Below, piece by piece: positions 1-11,958 of a DNA stretch of 64,000 bases. The notes beneath the pieces were generated by a model, which worked only from the letters and a program-made list of their open reading frames with translations, was not told where the DNA came from and ran no database searches. The position numbers and the translations under genes were made by a program. The stretch lies in NCBI GenBank assembly GCA_010909165.1, contig VJWM01000178.1, forward strand, positions 186,001 to 250,000. Direction: 5' to 3'. This DNA comes from Anthoceros angustus. Lineage: Eukaryota; Plantae; Anthocerotophyta. Numbering within the stretch: position 1 is the first letter of the stretch; the number at the start of each line of letters is the position of its first letter.

Positions 1-29
1 TGGCTCTCGTTTTCCTCAACTGAAAGACT

Positions 30-300
30 TGGAGAAAAAGAGAACCAAGAGGAAGTATGTTAAGTAAAACGATCAACAAACATTGTAAAATGATTCCCTT
101 TGTCGGGGTCCTCGGTGATATTTTCTTTGTTCTCGGAAAAACGAAGAACCAAGAGAGTACTACAAGGAAATCAATCAACACGCATGGTTAAATGATTTCT
201 TTGTAGGGTTCCTCAATGGTTCTCTTTGTTCTCATAGAAGAAAAAGAACTAGGAGGGAGAATGGTTTTCTGCAAGGGAGAACGTAAAAAAAATCAATCTA
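30..300. repeat. Degenerate ~100-105 bp direct repeat, about 3 copies (probably TE/LTR-derived)
   Basis: agaaccaagag at 41 and 146 and aagaactaggag at ~244; aaatgatt..tttgt.ggg.tcctc at ~88 and ~190; tctttgttctc at ~124 and ~223. Confidence 0.5.
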
Positions 301-1719
301 CCTACAAGGATCCGTCCAAACCACAAGGCATGAAGCAATTCCCTTTACACAATCAAGTGTCACAATGTCATTACTAAGATAAGAAATTTACCATTATCAA
401 CCCCCAAAGGGTTTTTCTAATAAGTCTCTCCATATTTATATAGGCACATATATATACATATATATATAGGTAAAGCCAAATTTCAGAGATCTCCAAATCT
501 ACCTACTGCCCTTTTTCATTTTCATTTGATATTTTGTTCTATTATGTTAAAAAATAAAATTAATCTTAAGATTTTACTACAAATAAATCTACATAGCTTT
601 CAAGTGCTAGGCCATGCATAAGCACCTAGACCTCATTTTGATCAAGTATCCTTAAAATAAAATGCTGTATTCCTTGTTTTCCTATTACTACTCACGGTTT
701 AAAGCTTCTCCTTGTCCTTTTTTGTGTGACTAAATGAGCTTGGCAACCTTGGAAACACTTAGACCTTTGGAGATAATGCTCGCATCTTGGTTGTGAAACT
801 AAATGATAATATATATATGTACATAATTAGTTGGAATGATGATTTAAATGACATTGTTATTAAATAAAATAAGCAAAGCAATTTGTAGATGATAGAAAAA
901 TGAAGGAAGAAGGCAAAGGGAAGAGACAAGAATTCACGAGGAGAGCTGTACTCCCGTATGACGAGGTACGCAGCCGGTTGCGCACGTGGTCTATCACGAG
1001 GAGCACGGATGGACGGCAGGCCCAGGGTCTTGTGCGCCAGGGCGTGTTTGGTGTGCCACCGCCAGAGCCCTTCGACGCAGGTCGATCACCGTCGTCTTGC
1101 GACGGTGAGCGAGTTCCAGGAAACCATGAGCAAGAAGGCGGCGAGAATCATTCCACCTTCCAATGGCTGATATGGGGGCCGCAATACCGGGCTCCCGAGG
1201 TACCCTCTTGTCCCCGCGCTCCATCTGTTGTCTGTCACGTGGACGGTCCCGGTTTCATTCCGTCAGACGGACCAAGTAATCGGTGGCTGCGCTTCGGAAA
1301 GCAAAGCGAAGCTTATGACTAATATTGAAGTGCATATATAAACACTTCTCCATAAACAAACAAGAATACCTACAGAACAAGTTTGGATCCGAGAAAAATA
1401 AGAATAATAAATAGTAGTACTATAAGTAGCAGAAAAACCATTTGGATTCGTAATCGAACTCAAACCAGCAATAAGGGACAATCCACTGTCCAACACACAG
1501 AAACTTCTCTCTCCATCAATGACATAGGATGGGAAGAGTGAATTTCAATTCGATACAATGAAGCAGCAAATGAGCAGAGCCTCCTGGCATCATTCATGCC
1601 AGGAACGGACGAGAGAAAGCCAAAGAGAAAAATGCAGAATCCCTGAACACCTGTAAGTCGGACAGAGTTCGCAACCTCGGGTGAGAAGACAAATGAGGCA
1701 AACCGAATCCATGCTCCAG

Positions 1720-2199
1720 CTATGAAGCTGCCGAGGAAATCCCCTCGCACGCAGGCACATCGTTGAAGTTGGACTTAGGGAACGTCTTCGAAGTGAAGCC
1801 GCTCTTGAGGACAAGGTCCTGGTTTTTGACCTCAATCCCTGTGATGGACCACCACATCTTGAATGCCTTGGCCTGGATACCAGCCAAATTTTTCAAGCTC
1901 CCTTCCCGCATTACTCCAGTGATCTCGTTAGCGTAGTAGACAGGTATGTTCCCATCCGTGATGGAAAACGAGCACTTATCCTGCAAATAGACAGTGAACT
2001 TGCCGTTCTCATCCAGATCATAGCTCTTCACAGTGTGAGGCAAGATTCCCAGAGGAAACCCGTTGCGCGCCAAGTGGTCGTAAGCAGTCAGCTGGCCAAT
2101 CTCCCCACACGCACAGCCTGCTACCGAGATCACTACGGCTAACACCAGCAGCACACCAGCTCGGAGCGAGGGACCAGCGATCTGAATCGATCTTTTCAT
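1720..2199 (-). CDS. DUF538-family secreted protein (single coding exon)
   Basis: ATG at 2199. Hydrophobic signal peptide (AGVLLVLAVVISVAGCAC), then TAYDHLARNGFPLGILPHTVKSY...FTVYL...C...YANEITG...L.GIQAK...WWSITGI...FPKSNF...PAC, the DUF538 pattern. Confidence 0.9.
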   Translation of the reverse strand: MKRSIQIAGPSLRAGVLLVLAVVISVAGCACGEIGQLTAYDHLARNGFPLGILPHTVKSYDLDENGKFTVYLQDKCSFSITDGNIPVYYANEITGVMREGSLKNLAGIQAKAFKMWWSITGIEVKNQDLVLKSGFTSKTFPKSNFNDVPACEGISSAAS

Positions 2200-3011
2200 G
2201 GTGGCGCATCCAGGGGTTTCCACTGCAGACGGACAGACGGGAGGCAAACTCGTCACCGAATCAGAAAAAGCCGAACCAATAGCTGAACCTCAGACTCCAC
2301 GCTGTTCACGTAGTCCGGAGAGAACAAGAAAGCTGACAAATCTCACCACATCACAAAACCACAGGCATGATCAGATAACGCCCCGTATGGCAACCATCAA
2401 GCTGAACATCAACTTTCACGCCTACGGCCACTGACGTACATGAGCAAGGCATCCGCCGGTGCCTTCAACCGGAAATACGCGGGCCACGAATCAGCTGGAC
2501 TTACGAGCTCCACGCCACAATAACTAGGCGGCAACGATTGTAAATGGCGCACCTTCAGGTTTGGCGTGTTTACACATACGAGCAACTTGGGGTCCGATTC
2601 CTCATGCAATAGTGTGGTGTCGATTAGGTTGAATAAAATAATTTCCTATTCCAAATCCTGTAAAACCGATTAGGTTTAATAAAGTAATTTCCTCGTCCAA
2701 ACCCTCTTGCGATGTATGCAACAGACGGGTCTCATCTACATTCCACGGATGCCAGGCCAGGGGTCGACACCTCGAGGGAGAATTCTCTCCGCATCCCTCA
2801 GCGTCTGGATCCGGCCGCTGGCTAGAGCCATCACCGAAGAACTGCACAACCTCGCCGAGTTCTTCTACACCAGAAGAGCTCATGATCTCACGATCTCAAC
2901 GGCAGTCCTACTGCACATCTGACACCATACGCACGCAGGCATCTTGCGCAATCCAGAACACGACTTCGATGCGCAGGAGGCGCGAGAACATTTGGCCATG
3001 CTTCAAGCATC

Positions 3012-3253
3012 ACGCACACGGGCAAGCAGCACGCCAATCGATCAGCATCGCCAGCCAAATTGCGCACAAGAGCTCTTTCCTGCCAAGCCCTACCGCGCTC
3101 GCAGTTCGCGTACAAGAGGTGGAGACGAGCGGTCAGACGCCCTTTCCGCCATCACCGGTGGAGAGGAGTTCCGTTAAGACAGAACCCCCGTGTTCGGAGG
3201 GATTATGCGATTTCACGACGACGAGCGAGAAGAGCGGAACATAGCGTAGGAAT
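3012..3253. promoter_or_regulatory. Diverged duplicate of the COQ3/CNX1 bidirectional promoter region; likely first (non-coding) exon and intron donor of the DUF538 gene
   Basis: Aligns to 5513-5721 (gcaagcagcacgcc.atcga.cagcatc.ccagccaa.ttgc.caca..agctct...tgccaagccctaccgc...ggagggatta.gcgattt.acgac). Minus-strand G|GTAGGG donor is kept at 3093. Confidence 0.65.
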
Positions 3254-3508
3254 CCCAATTTCTGACGTAGAAATTGCGCTGGAAATTGGAGGCGAGACGT
3301 CGTCCGTACCATGCGAAGAAATATTTGCTTTGCCCGGGCTGGGGTTTTTGGCGAGCCTCCTTTCCCAGCCAGAAATTGTGGCGCTTGTTCCATTTCTGAC
3401 CAACATTTGTCCCTATTGACATCTGCTCGGAGCCAAGCCACCAACGTTGATCGCTGCCTCTACTTCATTCGCTACCACTTACAAGACAGAATCAAGGGCT
3501 TGAATCCA

Positions 3509-5342
3509 TCAGAGTCCTTGGTGTCTTCCAGAAACAATAAAATTCACGCCTGTATCCTCAGACAGGGACCAGCTTTGTGTCAAGGGGTTGTACACCATGC
3601 CGGCCATCCCTTCAAGCTGCAGCAAATGGAATCCCTGAATGAAAGGGCACATGTGCAGCATTGACCGATTGACCATGGACAAAATTGAACAACATACCTT
3701 TAAACCTGCATGATGCATCAGTAAGGCAAGCTCCTCCGGAGTGACAAACTTGGTCCATTGATGTGTCCCTTTAGGCAACTGCGGGAACAAAAGCAGAGAT
3801 GTAAAAAGAAGCAGAGATTTGGCACGCCGAACAAAAGTCCAAGGATGTAAGCTCACATGCAAGAAATTCATCCAGCAGTATATGTAGAACGACAGCCACT
3901 AAACATCGAAGTAAAACCCACCCAGCCCAAAATGTACTCCGCGGCCATTATGACTAGTCCCCAAGAGCGGATAGAGCGGTTGATAGTGGAGATGATCACA
4001 ATTCCATCTTTCTTCACCAGAGCAGCCAAAGATTTGCAAAACTCTTTAGGATCAGTAACATGCTCTATGACCTGCCCAAAGAAACGAAGAAGTCACGACA
4101 ACTGCTTCAGTGACAAACGATGTGTCTGAACAGCACAATTCAGGTCTTAGTGATGAAACAACCTCGAGGCAAATCACAGCATCAAACTGCTGTCCTTCTT
4201 CGACCAGATGCTCTGCAGGAAGAGTACAGTTACATGAAAAGGGTACCCACAGAAACCCTGGCCAAGTATCATCGTATTCACAAAATAGCCACACAGAAGG
4301 AGCGCAACCTTACCCGCAGTGGTGCATCTATACCGTATTGTTGATGTTGAAGGGTCCCTTGCCTGGACAAAAAATGTTGGATCAGATTTTCACCAGCATA
4401 CCTCTTCACCTTAGAGAGATATGTGCAAGACATGATTGGCTGTCCCTAAGATTGGTCAGCTCCTAGGTTATGTGGACGTACAGCATGTAGGGATGCCACA
4501 GCTATGTTTTTCTCCCCTGCGTCCACGCCCATCACTTGTCCTCCTAGTCTTGCAAGCGGCTGCAAGACCCTCCAGATCCTTTACTAACAAGCCTTTACAA
4601 GAAATGCAACACAACAGGATGACCAACCGCAAAGAAAACGCACCTCACAAGCAAGACCACCACCACAGCCGACATCTAGGATTGCCAAGCCTTCCAGAGG
4701 TCTAGCACAATTTGAATCTTTACTGTATGTACAACAAGGCAAACAGGTTGACGTGAGCTGAAAGCACAACATTCCGCCAGTACAGATGTGGTAGCTTATC
4801 TCCAATACCTGAAGTGCCTGCATAAAGCTGTCCGAATGAAGGAGATTCTGGTTGGGTTCATAACATGCAGAGGCTTATAAGGGCCACCGTGATCCCACCT
4901 GCAAACGTCAACAGCTGAGAAAATTGTGTGTTTTTTGAGCACCAAAAACCTTCTAGCACAGCAGTCACACATCGTACCAGGAGTCGGCAATCAAAGCGAA
5001 CTTAGCCAACTCGGAAGAATCCACAGAAGTCTTAACATTTTTGAGACTCGACAAGGGTGGTCCACTTCCAGCTTTCGACGTCGAGCCATCTTTGGGAGAG
5101 TCTGACTCCGACTTATTAGATGCAGTGGACCGCTCTGGCAGCTCAGCTCGGCTGTCCCCCACTGCACCCTCCTTCTCAGCAGTGACCTCACCCCCTGCTG
5201 TCGAAGAAGAGAAAGGACTCTGCTGCGAAACCGCATGTAGCAATTGCCGATGCACCTGAGGGAGTGGAGGCACCACCCTCCATGCCAGTGATCTAGCACC
5301 ACTATCCAAATTGTGTCGGAGGCGACACAAGACACCAAACAT
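3509..5342 (-). CDS. COQ3: Ubiquinone biosynthesis O-methyltransferase, mitochondrial (multi-exon)
   Basis: Exon peptides [51 protein letters not shown] (SAM motif I), [27 protein letters not shown] and [22 protein letters not shown]. Arg-rich presequence starts at ATG 5342. Confidence 0.95.
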
Positions 5343-5707
5343 TGAATAATAAAAGCACCAACAATCACGAGAATCAAATGCCCTGCAATGAGAATTGACT
5401 CATCGTGAGCCACAAAACCTGTCACCAATCTACAAGCAGTGAACCATAGCATAAGAAAGTGCAAGCTACACCTCCTCCTCTGACACCATATTTCCCTCCA
5501 CAATTCCGCGTGACGCAGACACGCAAGCAGCACGCCGATCGAACAGCATCACCAGCCAATTTGCCCACAGAAGCTCTGCTGTGCCAAGCCCTACCGCATT
5601 TGCAATCCGCCAGCAGACCGGAGTTCGGTCAAGACAAAATTCCTCCGAGTTGGGACTCTTGGGAGGGATTACGCGATTTTACGACTAGGCAGCGGGAAGC
5701 GCGCACC
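5343..5707. promoter_or_regulatory. Short bidirectional promoter/5'UTR region between COQ3 and CNX1, containing a putative COQ3 5'UTR intron (donor 5594, acceptor 5383)
   Basis: Divergent ATGs are only ~365 bp apart. Minus-strand G|GTAGGG donor and ttgcag|G acceptor are present. Confidence 0.55.
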
Positions 5708-8673
5708 ATGGCGGAGGAGATATCGGTGGAGGCAGCATCAGCGGCCGTGCTGGGCGCAGCGAAGCGGCTGTCGGCCGTGCGCCGGCCGCTGCAAAAGGCC
5801 CTGTCGTGCATCCTGGCTGAGGACATCAGCTCGCCGGACGATCTGCCTCCGTACGCTGCTTCCATCAAGGTGGGTAGCGGGAACGGGAATTGGGCTTCGC
5901 AACAACGCTGCTTGCGCTCTCTGCGTGTGCTGGATGTGCATTAAACTCCGGCCCGCAGGATGGCTTCGCGGTCGTGTCCACCGATGGCCCCGGGCTCTAC
6001 CCGGTGGTCGCCTATTCCCGGGCGGGGGAGCCCACTGCGGCTGCGGCTGTAGCGCCTGCGGTGAGGCCGGGGACTGTGGCGTATGTCACCACGGGGGGGG
6101 CAATTCCGGATGGAGCAGACGCCGTGGTGCAGGTGGAGGACACGGAGCCCGGTGGGCAGGGGGAGGTCGTCCGCATTCTGCGAGGCGCGGTCCGGGGCCA
6201 GGATATACGCCCGGTGGGCGCTGATGTCGCTCGGGGGTCCACGGTGCTGGAGGCTGGGCACAGCATCTCGGCGTCCGACATCGGGCTGCTGGCGGCGATC
6301 GGGGTGACGGAGCTTCAGGTGGCTGCATTTTGGTGGGTTTGGGATTGTGGGTTCGTGCCGGGGATGGGATTGGTTCGTTCGGCTCATGGTGGGCGTTTGC
6401 AGGTGTATAGCATGCCCAAAGTGGCGTTGCTGTCCACGGGAGATGAGCTGGTGGATTGCTCCGAGGCTACGCCTCTGGGGAGTGGGAAGGTTCGCGGCGC
6501 TGCCCCTGTCGTTTGTTGGGTTCGGTTGTGGGGTGGAGGTAACCTTGCTGGGCGGTGCAGATTCGCGACACCAATAAGGTTGTGCTGGCGGCAGCCTGTG
6601 GGCAATTGGGGTGCGAGACGGTGGATGTTGGGATTGCCCGGGATGACCCGAAATCGGTGACGGAAGCTCTGGAGAGAGCCTTGGCCTCGGGTGCGGATGT
6701 TGTCATCACCACAGGGGGGGTTTCGATGGGTGATCGGGACTTTGTGAAGCCTGTTCTGAAGCAGCTTGGCACAGTGCTGTTTGAGAAGGTTGTTTGCCAG
6801 TCACCCATCTCAGCTATGTGCCACTTTCTCTGGTCCTCGTGGGTTGCTTGTTGTTTCCAGGATTCACACTCTGCAGCACTCCTGTGCAGGTGGTGATGAA
6901 ACCAGGGAAGCCCGTCACCTTCGCAACTGCAAGGAGTAAAGCAGAGGGGGGTGAATCACGTCCTGACATCCTTGTGTTTGGTCTTCCTGGAAATCCCGTC
7001 AGCACTTTGGTGTGCTTTCACCTTTTTGTTGTGCCAGCCATGCGACAGATGGGTGGCTGGCCACATCCTCATCTGTTTAGGTACGGCAGAACATCGCATG
7101 TCTCATGGGCATTCGTCTCTTTGCGCATTTTGTGGTGTGCTGAAGGTTTACCCAGAGTGTTGCACCAGAGTGCAGGCCAGAACATTGCAGCCCCTGAAGC
7201 TAGATTCGCAAAGGCGTGAGTACTATCGTGCAATCGTTCGGTGGAGTGCTGCCTCAGGCGGGTTTCCTGCTGGGTATGGAAATTTTCCTCCAATTTCATG
7301 GTCGGGGCTCCCAGTGTTCAGTTGAGCTCGTGGCATGATGTTTGGGAGCAAGAATAGTAAGTGGCTCAACTGTTATATTTCAACAGATTCACTGCAGAGA
7401 GCACAGGATCCCAAACAAGCAGTCGTCTCCTTAGCATGAAAGGGGCCAATGCACTCTTGGAACTTCCAGCAGAAAGTGGTATTCTTCCGGCTGGTTCGGC
7501 AGTGACTGCAATCCTGATTTCTGATCTTTCAGGAATCCCTCCTCCAGCCGATTCCTCTGAATTGAAGACTCCACAAATTCCTTCTCACAGTAGTCATGGC
7601 AAATCTGGTACCAAGGAGAGCCCAAGCAAGGACAGGGAAGTGACAGCAGCTGTCCTCACCGTCAGTGACACTGTAGCTTCTGGACAAGGCCCGGATCGCA
7701 GGTAATGCCCTTGTCTAAATCTGGATGCTGCTTTTGAGAAATGTATGGCACTCAACTTTGTGCATGGTCAGTTTTGGAAGAACACGGTTGTCTAGTTGGG
7801 CAGACGTCTGTTTTAAGTACAGCTGCTAACGTGAGTGACTTGTGACATTACTTAGCTGCCCTTTTGCGCTGTTTGAAGCTATGCGCTTTGCTCCCTGTGT
7901 CATCTCGTCTCTGAGGCTCTGGTTCCGAACTGTGATTGTCCAGCGGACCGAAAGCCGTGCAAGCTCTGTCGTCCTTGTCTGAGAAATTTGGAGGACTGAC
8001 GGTAATAGCTTCCGCGGTGGTGGCTGATGATGTGAAAGACATTCAAAGGGTTTTACTGCATTGGACAGAGGTTTTGCACGTCGACCTCATCCTCACCACC
8101 GGTATGTGCTTCCCTCCAGGCACTAGAATGACAACTTGCTGAAATAGTGGACATCAGAAACCCTGACCAAGGGATGAGAAGGACGGTGATGCAGGTGGCA
8201 CAGGGTTTGCACCTCGAGACCTGACTCCAGAGGCGACGAAGCCTTTACTGCACAGGGAAACCCCCGGCCTTGTCCAAGTGATGCTGCAGGAGAGCTTAAA
8301 GGTCCTGACAACAACACACTTCCTCCTCGTTTTCCTTCCCTACATTCCATGCGCATGCTCCCGTCGATGACCTAACTTGCAAACACTCCCGCAGGTGACT
8401 CCAACAGCCATGCTCTCTCGACCTGCCGCGGGCATCCGAGGCTCCAGCTTGATCATCAACATGCCGGGGAACCCGAACGCCGTGAAGGAATGCTTAGACG
8501 CCTTGATGCCCGCCCTTCCCCACGCCCTGAAGCAGCTTCGAGGCGACAAACGCGACAAGCATCCGCGGCATGTGCCGCACTCCCTGGGAGAGGATCCCGA
8601 TGTCTGGACGAGAAGCCAGATCAAAGCCACCGCCATCACCGCCTCCACCGATGGTCGTTGTTCCTGCGAGTAA
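5708..8673 (+). CDS. CNX1: Molybdopterin biosynthesis protein CNX1 (gephyrin-like, N-terminal MoeA/E domain plus C-terminal MogA/G domain; multi-exon)
   Basis: [11 protein letters not shown]|[90 protein letters not shown]...[23 protein letters not shown]...[14 protein letters not shown]. Confidence 0.97.
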
Positions 8674-8973
8674 TGCCGTCCTCGCGCAGTAAAAATCTCC
8701 TAGCAGTAAAAACGTTTTTTTCCACTTTTTGCGTTGCTTGCAGAAGAGAGAACCTCCCGGTTCGAGTAACGCGCGGAAACTTGAACGGTCTGAAATTTGG
8801 AATGCCGCTGTTTCGTCCGGCGCGGGCAACGAAGTGGTCAGTGTACACGGCTTCTCGGGCGAAGACGCCACCTGCTTCTTGCTTACAGCGCAGTGCTTGA
8901 CGCTCCCGCTCTCGCCGCCAGGGCCTGCCAAATTTGTAGGCGTGTGAGGACTGAGGGGCTGAGGGAGGGAGCC

Positions 8974-10824
8974 ATGGGGACGTCTCAGAGCAGGGACAGC
9001 AAGCTCGATTCGTCGGACGAAGAGGAGGAGCTGGAGGAGGAGGAGGAGGAAGATGAGAACTCGGAAGGGTTCCACTCTCCCAAGGGTACGCTCGTGCGGG
9101 AGGACCCGGCGGCCAGGACGGAGCTGCTCAACCAGAGGCTGCAGGGGCTGAGCCTCAGCAAGCCGGAGGCCGGGCCCAAGGTGAAGCTGTACCAGCACGT
9201 GAGGTCGACCGGGCCTAATGGGCGCTGGGTTGTGGTGGAGAAGGCTGCAACATGGAGCTTTGACAGGGTCGGGGACGAGGAGGAGGATGAGGACGAGGAC
9301 GATGACGAGGAGGAGGGGAGGAAGGCGGGGAAGCGGAGGGGCGTCAAGAATTGGGCTCTGGTGGTGGGGAGGAGGGTGCGGGTGCCAGTGTCAGACCGGC
9401 TGCCGCTGCAGTTCCATGGGGAGGAGCTGCGGGTGGATGTGGCGTATAAAGGAGTGTGGGCTATCAAGTTTCCTAGCCCGGAGGAGTACAGGGATTTTGT
9501 GACGGAGTACCAGAACTGCTTGTTCGAGAACACGCACGGGTTGCAGGCCACGGATGCGAACAAGATCAAGGTGTATGGGAAGGACTTTATCGGGTGGGCG
9601 AAGCCGGAGGCGGCGGACGAGAGCATTTGGGAGGATGCGGAGGACACGTTCGAGCCGCCCGCCAGGGTTCGGAATTTCCGGGAGACGTACACGGAGCCGA
9701 CCAAGGGGGGAGGGGTGCAGAGCCTGAGCATTGGGGCGAAAGAGCACAGCTTTCTCGTCGGGAACTCCGGGGTGGATGTGTTCAGGAACATGGCGACCGG
9801 GGTGAAAAACACGAACACCATTAGGTATCAGCATAGCGATCCCTACTCCACGCCTAAGAAGGGTATGCTTATCAGGGGGGAGAGCAACCTCATGCTCTGG
9901 AGCCCGGCTAAGGAGGGGAAGCCGCATGCGAGCGGGGTGAGTCAGTTGGACATCGAGACTGGCAAGACGGTGTCGGAGTGGAAGTTTGAGAAGGATGGGA
10001 CGCCTATTCAGATGCGGGACATGACCAACGACAGCAAAGGGGCGCAGTTGGATCCCTCTACGTCCACCTTTTTGGGGCTTGATGACAACCGCCTGTGCAG
10101 ATGGGATATGAGGGATCGGCATGGGGTGGTTCAGGATTTGGCGAGTCCGGTGTTGAACTGGTCTGAAGGGCACCAGTTCTCGAGGGGGACCAACTTCCAG
10201 TGCTTCGCCTCTACCGGGGATGGAGCCGTGGCGGTGGGATCTCGGGATGGGAAGGTGCGGTTGTACGGGACCACGTCCATGCGGCAGGCCAAGACGGCGT
10301 TCCCGGGGCTGGGACTGCCCATTACCCACATCGATGTCACGTACGACGGGAAGTGGATTCTCGCCACTACTGACAACTACCTCATGCTGATCAGCACTGT
10401 TTTTATAGACAAGGATGGGAAGCAGAAGACTGGGTTCACTGGCCGGATGGGGAGCAGAATCGCGGCCCCCAGGCTGCTCAAGGTTTCTGCCTTGGATACG
10501 TATCTGGCAGGAGGGACCATCAAGTTCCATGGGGGTCAGTTTTCTTTTGTGACGGAGAGCGGGAAGCAGGAGCACAATCTGGTTGCCAGTGTAGGGAGTC
10601 ACACACTCGTCTGGGAGTTCAAGACTGTTAAGTCAGATCATGACTGTTACCACAAGGCAACTTCTGCAGAGCGGCTTAAGGAGTGCTTCTGCTACAAAGT
10701 GCTTCCCAAGAATGAATCAGTTGTGGACAGCAAGTTCATGCATGAGAGCTTTGCATCTGCAAGCTCCCCTGGGGCGCCGTTAGTGGTGGCCACGCCTAAG
10801 ATTGTTCACTCCTTCGATTGGTAG
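8974..10824 (+). CDS. VID27-family / CYPRO4 (DEM-like) protein, intronless
   Basis: MGTSQS start (possible N-myristoylation), acidic tracts, [62 protein letters not shown]. Confidence 0.92.
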   Translation: MGTSQSRDSKLDSSDEEEELEEEEEEDENSEGFHSPKGTLVREDPAARTELLNQRLQGLSLSKPEAGPKVKLYQHVRSTGPNGRWVVVEKAATWSFDRVGDEEEDEDEDDDEEEGRKAGKRRGVKNWALVVGRRVRVPVSDRLPLQFHGEELRVDVAYKGVWAIKFPSPEEYRDFVTEYQNCLFENTHGLQATDANKIKVYGKDFIGWAKPEAADESIWEDAEDTFEPPARVRNFRETYTEPTKGGGVQSLSIGAKEHSFLVGNSGVDVFRNMATGVKNTNTIRYQHSDPYSTPKKGMLIRGESNLMLWSPAKEGKPHASGVSQLDIETGKTVSEWKFEKDGTPIQMRDMTNDSKGAQLDPSTSTFLGLDDNRLCRWDMRDRHGVVQDLASPVLNWSEGHQFSRGTNFQCFASTGDGAVAVGSRDGKVRLYGTTSMRQAKTAFPGLGLPITHIDVTYDGKWILATTDNYLMLISTVFIDKDGKQKTGFTGRMGSRIAAPRLLKVSALDTYLAGGTIKFHGGQFSFVTESGKQEHNLVASVGSHTLVWEFKTVKSDHDCYHKATSAERLKECFCYKVLPKNESVVDSKFMHESFASASSPGAPLVVATPKIVHSFDW

Positions 10825-11209
10825 TTGTAGGATGTATCTCAAGTCGTGAAATGTATTTTACTGGTTGTCAGTGATTCAGTTGCAGTATATATGTGTCTCC
10901 TACTGTTCAGATGCATGGCCGAGTGTGAAGTATCCGTCTTCTGACTGCCTGGCTGTGGTGGGTGAATGGACAGTTAGCTTAGCTATTCACGATGGCCAAC
11001 AAGCCGTGCTATTGGAAATAGATGAGTCGGGTTGCCACCTTGTCAAGCTTGAACATGATCGTTTGTCAGCAAAAGCGAATGAATGAGAACCGGCGCTGAA
11101 GAACTATCTCGAGGGAGTCCGGCTTCCTAGGGAGGACAACGAAGTACATAAAGTTGATACATATGAAGATATCAGCTTATTTCTAGTCACTTATTAGTGT
11201 CTGAGCGAG

Positions 11210-11440
11210 TGCTCACTTCAACACTCGCTTACTTCAGCAAGAAAAAAATGATGCGCAAGTGCTTACTTCAACAAGAAAAAAAATGATGCGCGACTGCTTA
11301 CTTCAACAAGAAAAAAATGATGTAAAATAGTGCTGAAAAAAATAATGCAAAATGGTACAGAAAAAATTGATGCAAAATGTCTATTAGCAATGGGAGCGTT
11401 GTCTTTTAGCAATTTGAGCGTTGTCGTTTAGCAATGTGAA
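11210..11440. repeat. Composite tandem repeat block (34-35 bp x3, ~25 bp x3, 22 bp x~3)
   Basis: gcttacttca.caagaaaaaaa(a)tgatg at 11227/11261/11296; gaaaaaa.t.atg.aaaat at ~11310/11335/11360; ttagcaat..gagcgttgtc at 11384/11406, partial at 11428. Confidence 0.85.
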
Positions 11441-11958
11441 GAGCTTCCGCTTCACATGGGAATAGACACCCGTCGCAAGATGTATATCGTTGGATTCGTT
11501 TGTTTCAAGAATTTATTGGAAGCGATTATTAACATATGTAGGTAGTTATGACTTTTGTAAGTAAAAATAGGAACTCTGCAACCCGAACAATGGCTATGGG
11601 CCTTACAATTTAATTTGGGAGCTGAAATTTAATGGTTTTGAGTGGATTTGAATAGATATGTCTCAAATTGGATGACAATAGTACAAAATCTAAAGTCTGT
11701 ATGTATCGAAAAAGATGGAACATGGATCGAAGGTTTACTAATGTTGGAACTTTTATAATGTAATAAGAGGAAGACGATAGACATTTGAAATTCTAAGAGT
11801 AATTGCAACATGTCGATGAGTGAAGCAATTTACCATTTTGTTGGTGGGATACGTGCGTGGTTGTCCAGTGCAAATTTGTGCACATTGTAGGTCCATAGGT
11901 TACAGTTCACATCCTAATAGTCAAAAAGGTTGTATCGAAATCTATGAGTTATCCAAAT

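Noticed and set aside
8797-8973. 59-aa N-terminal extension of the VID27-like ORF
   Set aside because: It depends on a TTG start; the family-typical MGxSxS start is at 8974.
8985-10602. Long antisense ORFs (278 and 403 aa) opposite the VID27-like gene
   Set aside because: Shadow frames expected from high GC3 codon bias; no motifs.
11210-11440. Possible CRISPR-like array
   Set aside because: Units are head-to-tail with no unique spacers, the context is eukaryotic and there are no cas genes; it is an ordinary minisatellite.
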